A stretch of DNA of 64,000 nt from Thecamonas trahens ATCC 50062 (taxonomy: Eukaryota; Protista; Apusomonadida), in contig NW_013657642.1 in assembly GCF_000142905.1 (NCBI RefSeq), forward strand, positions 193,851 through 257,850. Direction: 5' to 3'. The notes under the pieces are model-generated. The model was not told the origin of the DNA and did not search any database. It saw only the letters and a program-made list of their open reading frames with translations. The position numbers and the translations under genes are program-made. This document shows positions 10,607 to 22,299 of the stretch, piece by piece. The stretch's first letter is position 1; each line of letters starts with the position of its first letter.

Positions 10607-10841
10607 CTAAGGTGCTGACTACGAGAGGTACAAGAATCCTTATTCCGTACATTACATTGGCCATTTGACGACCAAATACAAAGCGGATGTCACCGTCCTC
10701 CTTATCCCACCCATACTCGAAATCTAACATCACGTCGTTCTCTAACATCTTCAACTTTGGCTATTGCGCTCCAATCTACGCACAGAGCAGTCAGTACACG
10801 CTGCTGCAAGTTTGAGGAGGGTCTGAGCTCGGGTAAAAAAA

Positions 10842-10914
10842 TCTCGTCTGCCGGAATCGAACCAGCGACCCTCGGTGCTACAAACCGATGCTCTTCCAAC
10901 TGAGCTAAGACGAG
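10842..10914 (-). tRNA. trnY-GUA: tRNA-Tyr(GTA), intronless, identical second copy
   Basis: Identical 73 nt followed by an oligo-T run. The 3' flank is similar to copy 1 (cgagctc..accctcc). Confidence 0.93.
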
Positions 10915-12266
10915 CTCAGATACTCAAAATGAAGCGATCCACAGTATTTAATCAGTTTATTAGATTGGTGAGCTAGTGCGTTAGACGCTCAAGCCTTTGT
11001 CGCCCCCACACAGCACTGCGAAGGTTACGAAAGACATGATCGTCAAAGGTCATGTTCTGTCACTCGACGGAAAGACTATCAAATGTCTGTCTGCATCTGC
11101 ATCAACTCGAAAAGCCGTAGTCGCACCCCAGGACTCCTGAGCTCACTCATACCCACGTCGCCATCATGCACCACATTGCACAAGGCACTAGTTCGTTCTT
11201 CCTGTTATCATCTTTCCCCACAAAGACTTCAACAAGCCTCCTCCAGCCATCGATGTCATGGACCTCCGCAGCCTTTCTGTTTCTCCAGTGTCCCTGGTCT
11301 GTGCCTTCCGTTCTTCCCACTGACATAAAATGATCACAGAATCTGGCCTCGTCATTATTGTTGATTGTAACCACAACAGTTGTTGCCGCTTGCCGCTCTC
11401 ATCTATTATCAAGACTCCCCAGGCCGTTGTCGCCTACATCACCACTGATGAAGCCACTTGCCTCATTCATCGTGGTCGTAGCTGCAGCTGTGAATCCGGT
11501 CTCTAATCTTCTCCCACAGCAGTCAGCTATCCATCAGCTCGTCGCCGATCAGCGGCAGGGCTGAGGGCCGACGACTCGGCGCTCGTCATCACCTCACGCG
11601 GCACGAGGTAGCAAGGGAGGTATGCTTGTGACTACGACTGTTGTTTCGGCCTCGCTCAAGGGTCTTGCTGTCTCTACAGGCCTTGCCGTCTTCCGGCGAC
11701 TGAGCGGCTTCCGCCTCCGGACTGCCGCCATTGGACACCGTCGTATCCGTGCCGCTGCCGAGGGCTATCTCCAGGCCGGCGAGTGGACGGCCACCGCTGT
11801 GGCGAACATGGCTAAACGGACGCGTGGCCAGATCGCGGCCCAGCGGAGAAAGGCGGCAGAGCTGGCGAACAGGCGCTCCAAGGCAGCATAGGAATCGCTC
11901 CCATCAAGGCTGCTGCTCGCCCCGCCTAGCTGCCGCTATCGCCCGTCATAGCTGTCGCGCACTTTGGCCTCGTCAGCGAGACAGTGCAGCTTCTTCCTTG
12001 CTTTAACGTATGTGTCATCGTCATCATCCGGAGCCGGTCATCTGCGCGCTCTCGTGTTGTCACAAACTGCCTAGCCTCGGGGTCACATCGGGGTCACCTC
12101 GGGGTCACCTCGGGGTCAGCATCAGCCTCGGCCTCGGCCTCAGCCTCGACGTAGGTGTTTGGGAAGAAGCTGAAGGCCAACAATTGTCATCAGCATCGGC
12201 CTCAACTGCTCGACACCATTATCGCGCTACGTGTAAACAACATCCCGGCGGCCAGAGCGAGGTCAG

Positions 12267-13859
12267 TCACCACTGGACCTGCAAGGCCAGAACATCGTCG
12301 TCAATCCCATCTCCTCCACCCGCCAGCCCGCTCACCGCAGAGAACGACGCCGCAACAAGCTCGTCTGCCCGCTCGCTCTCACTCAGCCATGCATTCACCG
12401 CCGCCAGCTCCGAGTGCTCGCCATCGACCACTCCGCGATGGAGCTCTGCAAGCGCTGCGAGATGCGCCTTGCGCCCGGCCCGGCTGCCATCTTCGGCGCT
12501 CGGCATGCCGCCGCCGTTGAGGCAGCCCGACGGGCAAGCCTGGACCTCGACTACGTCGTACGGCAGAACGCCACGACCGAGTGCGTTAACCACGTTCTGG
12601 ATGTTACGAAAGCCAAAGGCTGTAGCCGCCGCCAGCCGTGCGTCGCCCTCGCCGGCGCTCAGCGACGCCGCCTGATAGTCCTTATTGCCCACCCGTTCAA
12701 ACTTGGCCTTACCTTCCAGCCCCCAAAGCGCAGCGGCAGCCCGGATGAGCACGCGCTCAGCATATCCGTCTGACTCGCCGTGGGCGCGCACGCCGCGGAG
12801 CCGGCCCGTTTCGGCATCGACGTCCACCAGCGGCGCCACCTCGTGGGTGAGCGGAAGCGGCTCCATGCTGGCCAGTCCACCGCTCACGCCCATCTCACCC
12901 ATCAAGGCTTCAAACTCTGGCACCGTCAGCACAAGGTCCACCAGTGCCAGCCCATCGCCAGCCGTAAACTCTGCCCGGGTCGCCTCGAGCTTCTTGTCGT
13001 AGCACTGCATAACCGCCACATGGAGCGTCGTCTCCGGCGCAGCACCGAGATACTCGGCCACAAGCATCCCGTTCATGGCCTGCGGCGACTTGACTCGGGC
13101 AACATGCGGGAGCGCTTCGGGGTGGGTCTTCTCCGCGTAGCAGATCCAGCCCGGGCACGACGAGGTCAGCACGCCCGCCGGCCCTCCCCCTGCCGTGCGC
13201 TTGGCGGATACAACTGCATCGACAACGGCGCTCTCTGCCAGTTGCCGACCAAGCTCGGTATCAAGCACCCAACGGGCGCCCACATGTTCGACGCAGAACC
13301 GGGCAGCACGGGCGAGGGCGTCGCCGGTAGAGAACAGACCGCTGCTCAGGGCAAGACCGCTAAGAGCCTGCGATGAGAAGGAGAAGACAATCGACTCCGG
13401 CTTTGGTGTCGCCGTCAGCTTCTCGCACAGCTTTGTCACCGACTGAGCCGAGACAAGGACGGTCTCTGCTGTTGTGATGCATCCAGAGCAGGCGAGGCAG
13501 TCGGAGAGAGAGATGGTGGAAGGGGCGAGGAGCGTGGTTGTGGCCGCCGAGCCCGAGCCTCCCGCACCATGCACACGCTCATACACCGCACCGGAGGAGT
13601 CGCGAATGATGGATGTTTGCCCCGTCGACGACAGCATCGCCCCATATCCCTTCTCACCCTCTTCCTCGTCCATAGCTTCGAGCTCGAGCGCGACCGACGC
13701 TGCTGCCGCCGCCTCCTTCTCGGCCGCCGCCCCGTCTCCGGCCACGCTATCCGCCAGACCACCGACCAGACGTGACTCGCGGGGTTGGATGATGCAGTCT
13801 TGTGACGGCCCAATGTAGTCGTCAAGCGAGGTCAGCTGAAGTGGGCCCGAGAACGCCAT
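12267..13859 (-). CDS. NAR1: Cytosolic Fe-S assembly factor NAR1/CIAO3
   Basis: LDDYIGPSQDCI, SLSDCLACSGCIT, TSSCPGWICYAEK, CYDKKLEA, ACPSGCLNGGG and a C-terminal Trp. Confidence 0.95.
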   Translation of the reverse strand: MAFSGPLQLTSLDDYIGPSQDCIIQPRESRLVGGLADSVAGDGAAAEKEAAAAASVALELEAMDEEEGEKGYGAMLSSTGQTSIIRDSSGAVYERVHGAGGSGSAATTTLLAPSTISLSDCLACSGCITTAETVLVSAQSVTKLCEKLTATPKPESIVFSFSSQALSGLALSSGLFSTGDALARAARFCVEHVGARWVLDTELGRQLAESAVVDAVVSAKRTAGGGPAGVLTSSCPGWICYAEKTHPEALPHVARVKSPQAMNGMLVAEYLGAAPETTLHVAVMQCYDKKLEATRAEFTAGDGLALVDLVLTVPEFEALMGEMGVSGGLASMEPLPLTHEVAPLVDVDAETGRLRGVRAHGESDGYAERVLIRAAAALWGLEGKAKFERVGNKDYQAASLSAGEGDARLAAATAFGFRNIQNVVNALGRGVLPYDVVEVQACPSGCLNGGGMPSAEDGSRAGRKAHLAALAELHRGVVDGEHSELAAVNAWLSESERADELVAASFSAVSGLAGGGDGIDDDVLALQVQW

Positions 13860-14125
13860 CCCTCTCTGCACGCCCGATGTGAGTCAAGTGCTCACAACGC
13901 CGTCTTGAGCGGAGTCTCGCGAGATCCTCTTGCTGACTCGAGGGAATGGTTCGGCTGGTGGCGTCATCACGGAGCTGCTGTTGGGGATGGCATGGCATGG
14001 GATGGGCGATGAGGAGGGATGGCTCAGGCCGGCCATACCAAGACCTGTATCAGGCCCCCCAGGCGGTGCTGCCGCTCAATCGCTTGGCCTCAGTTCTAAA
14101 TCCAAATCGTGTTTTACCCGTCCAA

Positions 14126-15811
14126 TTACCCACCCTCCTTCTTCTCGCCATCGCCTAAGCTCTGCATCACAATTGCAGCAGATATCTCGTCATGTGGCGG
14201 CGACGCGAGGTTCTCGGAAGTCGCTGGTGGCGCGTCATGCGGAGGCATTGGCGGCCGCTGCTCGCCTACACCCGCGTCCGTCGCCATCGTGCTCGCCGCC
14301 GTTCCAGGATCACCCATCATGAGAAAGTCCGCAACGTCGTTGTTGGAGTGCAAGCCTTGCATCAGTGGGTTGCTCACACACCCCTGGTTCCCACCTGGCA
14401 TGCTCCCTGGCATGCTCCCTGGCATGCTCCCTGGCATGCTCCCTGGCATGCTCCCTGGCATGCTCCCTGGCATGCTCCCTGGCATGCTCCCTGGCATGCT
14501 CCCTGGCATGCTCCCTGGCATGCTCCTTGGCATGGTCCCGGGCATGCTCCTTGGCATGGTCCCGGGCATGGTCCCTGGCATGGTCCCGGGCATGGTCCCT
14601 GGCATGGTCCCGGGCATGGTCCCGGGCATGGCCCCGGGCATGGTCCCGGGCATGGTCCCTGGCATGCTGCCCGGCATACCGCCTTGCATGCTGCTCCTCA
14701 TAGCACAAAGCATTAAGAAGTTGTGCATGTGCATGTGCATGCGCATGTGCATCTGGGCCTGGGCCTGGGCCTGGGCCTGGGCCTGGGCCTGAGCCTGGGC
14801 CTGAGCCTGGGCCTGTGCAAGGCCAAAGTCGGCCATTCGGTCCGACAGGCCAGCGACCTCGGACGGTTCCAAGGCAGGGATTCCCGTGCTGCGTCCGGTT
14901 TCCGCCGATAACTCGGCCCGTGGCGAGCTTGAGCCGCGTGGGGCAGGCGAGGTGCTCGCACCAGCGCTTTGCGAGCGGTAGCTCCACACATCGGGTGGCG
15001 CGGCAGACGGTGGCGGGGCTACATCCACCGCAGCCAGCATTTGGTCATCGTCGTCAAAGTCGTGCGAAGACCGCCGTCGCGAGCCTGAGCGCGATCGGTC
15101 GTACGGCGACGCCGCTGCCCGACGCTGCTGCGACAGCGAACGAGACCCGCTCAGCGCGTCCTCGTCCCTGCTGCCACAGCTTGTGCCGCCGTCATCTGAC
15201 GCCGCCGAGCTCGATCGCACCCGCCGTTCGCCACGCCGCGACCGTGAGTTGGACCGGGTGGTCGCCGTCGCCGACGCCGGATTGCTTACCACGAACATCT
15301 CCTCGGCTTGGTCATCATACACCGTCGTCTCCATCGGCACGTACACACTGGTCTTGCTGTCCAGCTTCCAGTGCATCTGATACGACCGCAAAATACGCGC
15401 ATCGGCTGATGCACTCCGGGCCCCACTGCTGCCATGCCGTCTTTGCTCGGCCAAGCCCGAGCTCGCCGACTCGCCAGCACCCGAGCTTGCCTCGCCCGCC
15501 TCACTCGCCCAGCCACTCGCTCGACGATCTCTCCGCTCGCCACCAAGCGAAGCCGAGCGCGGAGTGGCGCGGCGGCCGCGTCGCCCGCGTCCGCTGCGTC
15601 GCTGGCTGATGGTCCTCCTGCTGCCGCTTACGCCGCTTCCGCCACCTCCGCTGCTGCGTCCGGCTCGGTGGCCTCGGCCCTCGTCTGCGCCAGGTCGCGG
15701 TGGGAGGCCACGCCCGGAGACAGCTGACGGCTCGGCTGGGCCACGCAGACGCATGTGGGTCTCATACCCACTTCTTGTAGGTGTGACAGTCAGCTCATTC
15801 TCCTGTGACAT
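14126..15811 (-). CDS. Low-complexity hypothetical protein with (PGSM/PGTM)n and (QA)n repeats
   Basis: 561-aa ORF with an ATG start and coding-like composition; no recognisable domain. Confidence 0.55.
   Translation of the reverse strand: MSQENELTVTPTRSGYETHMRLRGPAEPSAVSGRGLPPRPGADEGRGHRAGRSSGGGGSGVSGSRRTISQRRSGRGRRGRRATPRSASLGGERRDRRASGWASEAGEASSGAGESASSGLAEQRRHGSSGARSASADARILRSYQMHWKLDSKTSVYVPMETTVYDDQAEEMFVVSNPASATATTRSNSRSRRGERRVRSSSAASDDGGTSCGSRDEDALSGSRSLSQQRRAAASPYDRSRSGSRRRSSHDFDDDDQMLAAVDVAPPPSAAPPDVWSYRSQSAGASTSPAPRGSSSPRAELSAETGRSTGIPALEPSEVAGLSDRMADFGLAQAQAQAQAQAQAQAQAQAQAQMHMRMHMHMHNFLMLCAMRSSMQGGMPGSMPGTMPGTMPGAMPGTMPGTMPGTMPGTMPGTMPGTMPRSMPGTMPRSMPGSMPGSMPGSMPGSMPGSMPGSMPGSMPGSMPGSMPGSMPGGNQGCVSNPLMQGLHSNNDVADFLMMGDPGTAASTMATDAGVGEQRPPMPPHDAPPATSENLASPPHDEISAAIVMQSLGDGEKKEGG
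14394..14668. repeat. 12-bp tandem repeat (CCTGGCATGCTC / CCGGGCATGGTC)
   Basis: Direct tandem units. Confidence 0.95.
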
Positions 15812-16347
15812 GCCGTGAGCTTTGCCACTCTACCGCTATCGCCTTGCCTATCTATCCCGCCGGGTTAGTCTGAGAGTGGTGGTGGAGTCGGAACGCCGAC
15901 ACTTTCCGCCGTCGGCACTCATTTTCCGACGTCAAACTGTGCGAGCTGCCGCAAAATTTTGTCGCCTTTCCTCTTTTCCTTGCACTGTTTTGCTGGCGGC
16001 TGTGTCTGGGGTGCGCAGCTTGAAGCGTAACCTGCCTGGGTTGTCTACATGCAGGTGACATCAGAGGCTTTCCTTTCAACCTCCTCTGCCCATCTACATT
16101 ACCATCCTCCCTCACTTGCGTTGTTGCGTTGCTGGTGCCGTTGTCCCCTGCCTGATAAGAGCTAGGCTCTACCGGGTCGGGGGTCTCGCCGCGCTCCCGC
16201 CGTGCTTCCCCTCCCCTCCCTCCCCGCATCAGCTCTTGGACCTTGCGAGCCTGCAAGCGCCGGACACCAGCCAATCACAGTGCCAAGATCAATGTTTTAA
16301 AGTCGGGCGCTATCATCATGTGACGGTACTTGTCCACGCTCAATCCT

Positions 16348-16396
16348 TCACAGCTCAGCGTGTGACGACGACGATGACGACGACGACGATGATGAT

Positions 16397-16437
<41 letters not shown>

Positions 16438-18729
16438 ACCAGAGCCCGATCCAGAGCCGGAGCCCGAGCCGGAGCCCGAGCCCGATCCAGAGCCGGAGCC
16501 GGAGCCGGAGCCCGAGCCGGAGCCCGAGCCGGAGCCCAAACCAGAGCCCGAGCCAGAGTCCGAGCTGGAGCCGGAGCCCGGCCCAGACGCCGATTCGTTC
16601 GAGCTCTCGCTGCAACTGCCTGACGCCCAAGAGTCGTCATCGGGTGCTGTCATGAGCTCAGGCCCGACGGCCACGGTTGGCCGGAACTCGACAACGTCGG
16701 CGGCGTCGGCGGCGTTGGGTCCGTCGCGGCCGACCTCAGCGATGACAAGCCCCGCAGCCTCGAGCTTGCGGCGCTCCTGCGCAATGACGTCGTCGGGATC
16801 GACGTCCATGAGCTTGTCCATCAGCAGCGCGGCGCGCGCCGAGCCAAGCAGCCGCTCCTTGATGCGCAGCACTTTTGCGCCCTGAAAAGCGGTGATCACG
16901 TTGCGCTTCACAAGTTCAGCCTGCGACGGCCGTGCGGCGAGCGCGGTGTTGATTCCTGCAGCCCGTTTGGCCCGCTCGGGGTCGTGACGCCGCTTGATGC
17001 CCTCGCGAGTAAAGGTGGCCTCGCGCACAAGGTGCGGCGCCGCAGCCATTCGTGCCTCAACCGCGGCTAGAGTGTTGTTGTCCGAGCCGACGTCCAGGCC
17101 ACGCTGCTGCATGTCCGCCATGACCATGTTGAGCACGTCGCGGAAGAGCAGCGTCTGGTGGAGGTAGAGCTCGTGGATAACGCCGCTGCTTGTTTCGATG
17201 GTCACCGTGTGGTGCTTGCTGGAACAGAAGCACGAGGCAAGCTCGCGGAGCTTGATCACAGACGGCCGCTCCTTAAAGTCAGTGTGGATCACAATGGCCT
17301 TGTGGTTGATGACAACAACCACATCAGTGTTGCCCTTTTCCAGTGAGACCTTGGTCGACGCCGTAAACACCACGGCCTGCTCCAGCTTCCACACCTTGCC
17401 GTCGACGCCCGCCGGCCAACGGAGCGAGACGGTTCGGGTTTTGGACTTGGACTTGGACTTGGACTTGGACTTGGACTTGGACTTGCGCTGGGAGGTGGTC
17501 TTTGTCGTCAGCAGTCGCCCGCTAGGTGAGGTGCGGAGCCCGAGCCAGGCCGGAACAGGGTTCCAGTCGCCGGCAGCCTCCTCGGCAACAACACCACGAC
17601 GAACAAGGTCGCCTGGCGCCGGCCGACGGGAGAGGAGCTTGGCCACGCCCTGGATGGCGGCGTCGAACCCGCTGTCGCGTCGACGCAGCGGACTCGATGC
17701 CTCCTTCTTGGCTGCGTACGGCACAGCCAGGACAAGGGCGTCGTCGCCGGTCTGGGTCTCGCCAGGCTGCTCCGGGGCCAGCAGTACGTCGGTCGACGAC
17801 GAGACCGGAACCAGGGCTGGCTTCTGCTTGATCATGCCCTTGACCTTGGAGCGGAGCGCATTGATGTCTTCTGACGATGGCGACGCTGCGTTGGGTGCAA
17901 GAATGAGCAGCGCAGCCTCGCGGCGGCGGATGATGGCGTTGAGGTAGATACAAAACGTGGAGGCCAGGAGTTCGACAAACGGAGTGGCAAGCTCAAAAAC
18001 GGCGTCAGCGTCTGCCACCGAAAAGGCAAAGACCGAGCGAGCGCGGTCAAGTGAGTATCCAGTCACAAAGATGTATTTGAGCCGATGGCGGACGGTAGCA
18101 AGGTCGGGCGAGAGGATGAGGACGAGCTTGGGAGTGCAGGTGACCACGACCTCTTGCGCGCCGTCCACCATTCCACACAGCTGCTTTGCCTGGAACATGG
18201 CAAACCGATGCTGATGCCATAGCGGAAGGTTGCACTTGTCAGGCCACTCAGTATCAGCACCAGCCAGTGGCGCCGGTGCAGCTGTTGCGGCCACCACATC
18301 GTCCCACCCTCGCTGCTGTCCTTGCCCTCTCCCCACCGAGCTGGATGATGTCGATGGTGATTCGTCTGTCTTGGCCGTCTTGGGCTTGCGCTTGCGCTTA
18401 CGCTTGCGCACTCGCTTACGCGACCGCGTCCGTCCCGCCGGCGGCGCTGGAGGCAGAGCAGCTGCGGCCACAGCTGGCGTGTTGGCCGGCGGCTGGATGC
18501 CAGCCACTGCGGGTGAGGGTGAGGGCGAGTGCGAGCCAGCGGCAGCACCAGCACCAGCGGCAGTGCCACCAGCGGCAGTGCCACCAGCAGCAGCGCCACC
18601 ACCGGCAACGCCACCAGTGCCAGGGCCAGTGCCACCTGGACCAGGTGCGGGTGCTGGCACGGGCGGCCGACCAGGCCCTCCACCAGGTTTCTGTTGCGGC
18701 GGGGGCTTCCGAGATGCGCCACACCCCAT
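16348..18729 (-). CDS. N-acylated protein with two PH-like domains and two RPEL-like motifs
   Basis: Starts MGCGAS; carries [16 protein letters not shown] and [16 protein letters not shown]; two beta-rich PH-like segments; (GS)n tail. Confidence 0.7.
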
Positions 18730-18985
18730 GAGTGTGTCGAGCAGAAGTAGAGCTGGTGTGGGTAAAGGTAGTGTGGTAGTAGTGGTGGTGGTGGTGGTGG
18801 TGGTGGTGGTGGTGGTGGTGGTGGTGGAGAGGTGCCGTCGGTGTCGGCGTGTAGCTGTTTCGTCGGCACGGACGACTTTCTCGGTTGCCGGCCGAGCGGT
18901 TACTCGGCTGGCTCGACAGTTTGGCGACAGAGGTCCTCGCTTTTACTGCGCTGGCCTTCCATGCTCATGTATTCAAGGGTGTCGC

Positions 18986-20245
18986 TCACATCTCCTTGAG
19001 GAACTCGACGCAGCGATCAAAGGCCAGCTTGTACGTGGCGGGGTCAAACGGCGGGCGGCCGAGGGACTCGGCCAGCTGCTGGAAGAACTCGGTGTCGTTC
19101 ATGAACCCGTGGCTCTGGCCCTCGTACACATGGATGGTGAACGGCGCGCCCGAGGCCTGCAGCTTGGTGCGCAGGGCGTCGACGGCGGCGGGATCCGAGA
19201 ACCCGGGGTAGTTATCGTCAGCACCAAAGTGGGCGAGGACCGGCTTGTTCATGGTCGCCACGTCCGCCAGAGCGTCCGGCGGCGTGCCGTAGAAGCACAC
19301 GACTCGATCGACGTCGTCGCACTTGACGCCGGCGGCGAGCGAGAGGGCGCCGCCCATGCAGAAGCCCATGACGGCCACGGACGGCGCACCAGTCTCCTTG
19401 AGGTGGCGCGCCGCAGCCGCGATGTCCTCCAGTGCGCCTGGCCAGTCGAGGTTGTCCATCAGATGGTGTGCCTCTTCGGCATCCACACCCATCTTGCCGC
19501 GGTACAGGTCCGGGATCAGCGTGCGGAAGCCAAGCGCCTCGCCAAAGTCGCGCGCCTGCTTCTTCACCTGCTCGGTCACGCCCCACCACTCTTGGATCTG
19601 TGCGTCTCCGCCTCCCAACACGATAAGTGACGATGGCGACCCAAGGTGATGATCACCACCATGACCATGACCATGACCATGACCATGAGACCATGATCAT
19701 CACGATGCTCACTAACACCATGACGATCACGACCAACCATGACGAGCATGACAACAACGACAAGCACCACTGATCATGGCCACAATCCCACCCCAACTCT
19801 AGCCACAACATCAATCCCCCCTGCCCCAGCCCCAGCTCCAGCAGCCATGTCCCAGCAGCCATGCCCCAGCCTCAGGTCGCTGCCCGAGCCCCAGGTCGCT
19901 GTCACGCCACCACCATGCGCCTGCGCTGTCAGGTCGCCTTAGGCACCCACCCCCTCCTCCCCCCCCTCCTTCCTCCCCCTCCCCCCCCACGCCCCACCCA
20001 CCCCCTGAACCCCCTGTACCCTGTACCCCCATCCATCCATGCCCCCCCCCCCCCCCCCCCACACCATCCTCATACCCCCTCGCCCCTTTCCTCCCCTTTC
20101 CATCACATACCACGATAAGCCCCGGCGGCGAGGTGACAAAGGCGTCAAACTCGGTCTCACCACGAGTCAGGCGCACGGTGGGGTGCACCACACCCTCGGG
20201 CACGGGCTCGTTGGCAAGGTTGGGCTTGTTGTCGGTGGCAGCCAT
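18986..20245 (-). CDS. Dienelactone hydrolase family protein; join(18986..19597,20111..20245)
   Basis: A gtatgt...cag intron restores PGLIV|IQEWWG. Also IPDLYRG, the GFCMGG nucleophile motif and HGFMN. Confidence 0.92.
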
Positions 20246-20426
20246 TTGTTCTTCTACTTGTTCTGGTTACTCAAGTGAGTCAAGTACCTCACTGTGTACG
20301 GTTGGCTATCGGTGGGCTGCCGCCTGCACATGACACGGAACAGCGACGACAGGCAGCGACGGCGAGTCGGCTGGTAATCAACGGGGTGGTGGCCCCCAAG
20401 GTCTCGGTTCTCCATACCTCGTTGGC

Positions 20427-21884
20427 TCAGAGGGAAACTTCCAGGTCATCGCCGCCGGCGCTTCCACCATCGCCACTCCAGCTGGGGTCAAGCAAGTCTC
20501 TCGTAGTGAGCATGATGGAGATGCTTGGAGGCGGTCGGGTCTCGCTGCCACCTCCTGAATCGCCATTGTCATTGCCGCCGCCGGCCTCGTTGCCACCGCT
20601 GCTGCTGGCGCCGGGTGCAGACAGAGCGGCCCGGCAGAGCGGACACGAGTTGTGTCGCGCGAGCCATGGCCGGATGCATCCAGCGTGGAAGACGTGCGAG
20701 CAGGTCATGATCTCGACGGCCTCGCCGGCGGAGAACACCTCCATACACACGGTGCAGCTCGCGTTCGGGTGGGCATCGGCACTAAACTCGCCTGAGACAA
20801 GGGCGCCAAGCTGCGCCTCGGACGCAGGCGGGGCGCCGCGACCCGTCCGGACCAGCGACAGCATCCGCTCGATGCCCCTTAGCCGGCCATCGCGGTTCGG
20901 CTCGATCCGTCGACCGCCCAAGATCATCTCAACGAGCGAGGCCGGCACCGCGTCTCGCATCATCGGCATTTCCATCGGCATCTCCATCATCATTGGCGGA
21001 AGCAGCCCATGCCCGCCGCTCATCCACGAGTGCCGCTGCGCCCGGCGCGCCATCCGTGCCGCCCTTCGGGTAGACGCGCTAGAGCGTGGTGGTGGGGGCC
21101 GGCGCGCCGTCGACGCCGTCGACGATGTCGACGCCGTCCGCCGTTGATTCCGGGCCCGCAGCCGCACGTTTCCTTCATCATCCGACTCGACAGCACGCTC
21201 CTCGTCGAGCAGCCGCTGGGCTTCCTCGCCGCTTGTCGAAGCCGGCGCCTCAACGTTGTTTGCCTCCAGCAACTGGCGGAGCTGAGCAATCTCGTCACGC
21301 TGGCGGCGGCACAGACCCTTGAGCCGCTCATGCCGGAGCTCGGCCTTGAGCCGCTGTCGGGCCCGGCGCTCGTGCTCGGCGGCAGCCCGTGCCTCTTCCA
21401 GTGAAGCACGCAGCTCCTCGTTCTGGTGCTCCAGTCGATGGGTGTTGCTTGTCAACAGCCGACTCTGCCGCACGATCTGCTCCCGCATCATCCGTGACGT
21501 CGACTCGGACGCGTTCAACACACGCTCCAATGCTTGCGCCATATCTGCTCTCTCACGCTCATCGCGGGCACGAGGCCTGCCCAGCTCTCCTGGCGGTGGG
21601 GTCCGTCGGTACCAGCCCATACCGCTGCGCCGGTTCACACCGCGGCGCCGGTTCATACCGTTGCGCCGGTTCACGCCTCCGCGCCGGCCCCTTCCGCCTC
21701 TGCCTGCCTCTGCATGGGAAGAGACCCACTCTGGCACGGCCTCGCCACGCTCGAGATCTCCACCGTCATCACCATTGCCATTGCCACTGCCACGGCCACC
21801 AGCCTCTGTCGCACCGGCTGCGCCTGTACCAACTGTCGCCTCTGATCCTTCCACTGTGCTTGCTGAGCAGTTTCCGGTCGACAT
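20427..21884 (-). CDS. RING-H2 E3 ubiquitin ligase with coiled coil (start uncertain)
   Basis: GAPPAS motif followed by CTVCMEVF...CSHVFHAGCIRPWLARHNSCPLCR. Confidence 0.85.
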   Translation of the reverse strand: MSTGNCSASTVEGSEATVGTGAAGATEAGGRGSGNGNGDDGGDLERGEAVPEWVSSHAEAGRGGRGRRGGVNRRNGMNRRRGVNRRSGMGWYRRTPPPGELGRPRARDERERADMAQALERVLNASESTSRMMREQIVRQSRLLTSNTHRLEHQNEELRASLEEARAAAEHERRARQRLKAELRHERLKGLCRRQRDEIAQLRQLLEANNVEAPASTSGEEAQRLLDEERAVESDDEGNVRLRARNQRRTASTSSTASTARRPPPPRSSASTRRAARMARRAQRHSWMSGGHGLLPPMMMEMPMEMPMMRDAVPASLVEMILGGRRIEPNRDGRLRGIERMLSLVRTGRGAPPASEAQLGALVSGEFSADAHPNASCTVCMEVFSAGEAVEIMTCSHVFHAGCIRPWLARHNSCPLCRAALSAPGASSSGGNEAGGGNDNGDSGGGSETRPPPSISIMLTTRDLLDPSWSGDGGSAGGDDLEVSL

Positions 21885-22299
21885 ATCGTTGCTGTCCTGC
21901 TCAGAAAGCTGTGCCTGGTTGGAGTGGTGGCCCGTGTCTCTGCCTCTGCCCGGTGTAGCTGTGCCTCGACGTGGTGGGACGTCTGTTCGTCGAAGGTGTG
22001 ACTGTACCTCTTCTGTCCGCCTCTGTGATAGCCTTTGTACGTCACGTGCACAGAGTAGAGGTCGAGGTCGAGGTGGAGTGAGGTATGGGTGTGGTGTGGG
22101 GTGTGGGGAGAGAGAGGGCGTGTGTGCGTGGTCGGTGTGTCGGAGGAATGGACCGGTGAGGTCGCTCCAAGTGTGACAGCAGGCGAACGAGAGTGCGACA
22201 CGGCTCTGCTGATCAGCGTCACGGTCACCGTGACGGTTGCGGTCATTGGAAGGCATGCGGCTAATTGTCAAACTCTGCACTGTACAGAAACTTCCTTTA

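Noticed and set aside
11622-11891. Short basic ORF after an intron-like segment
   Set aside because: The upstream in-phase exon contains a stop and no family motif is recognisable.
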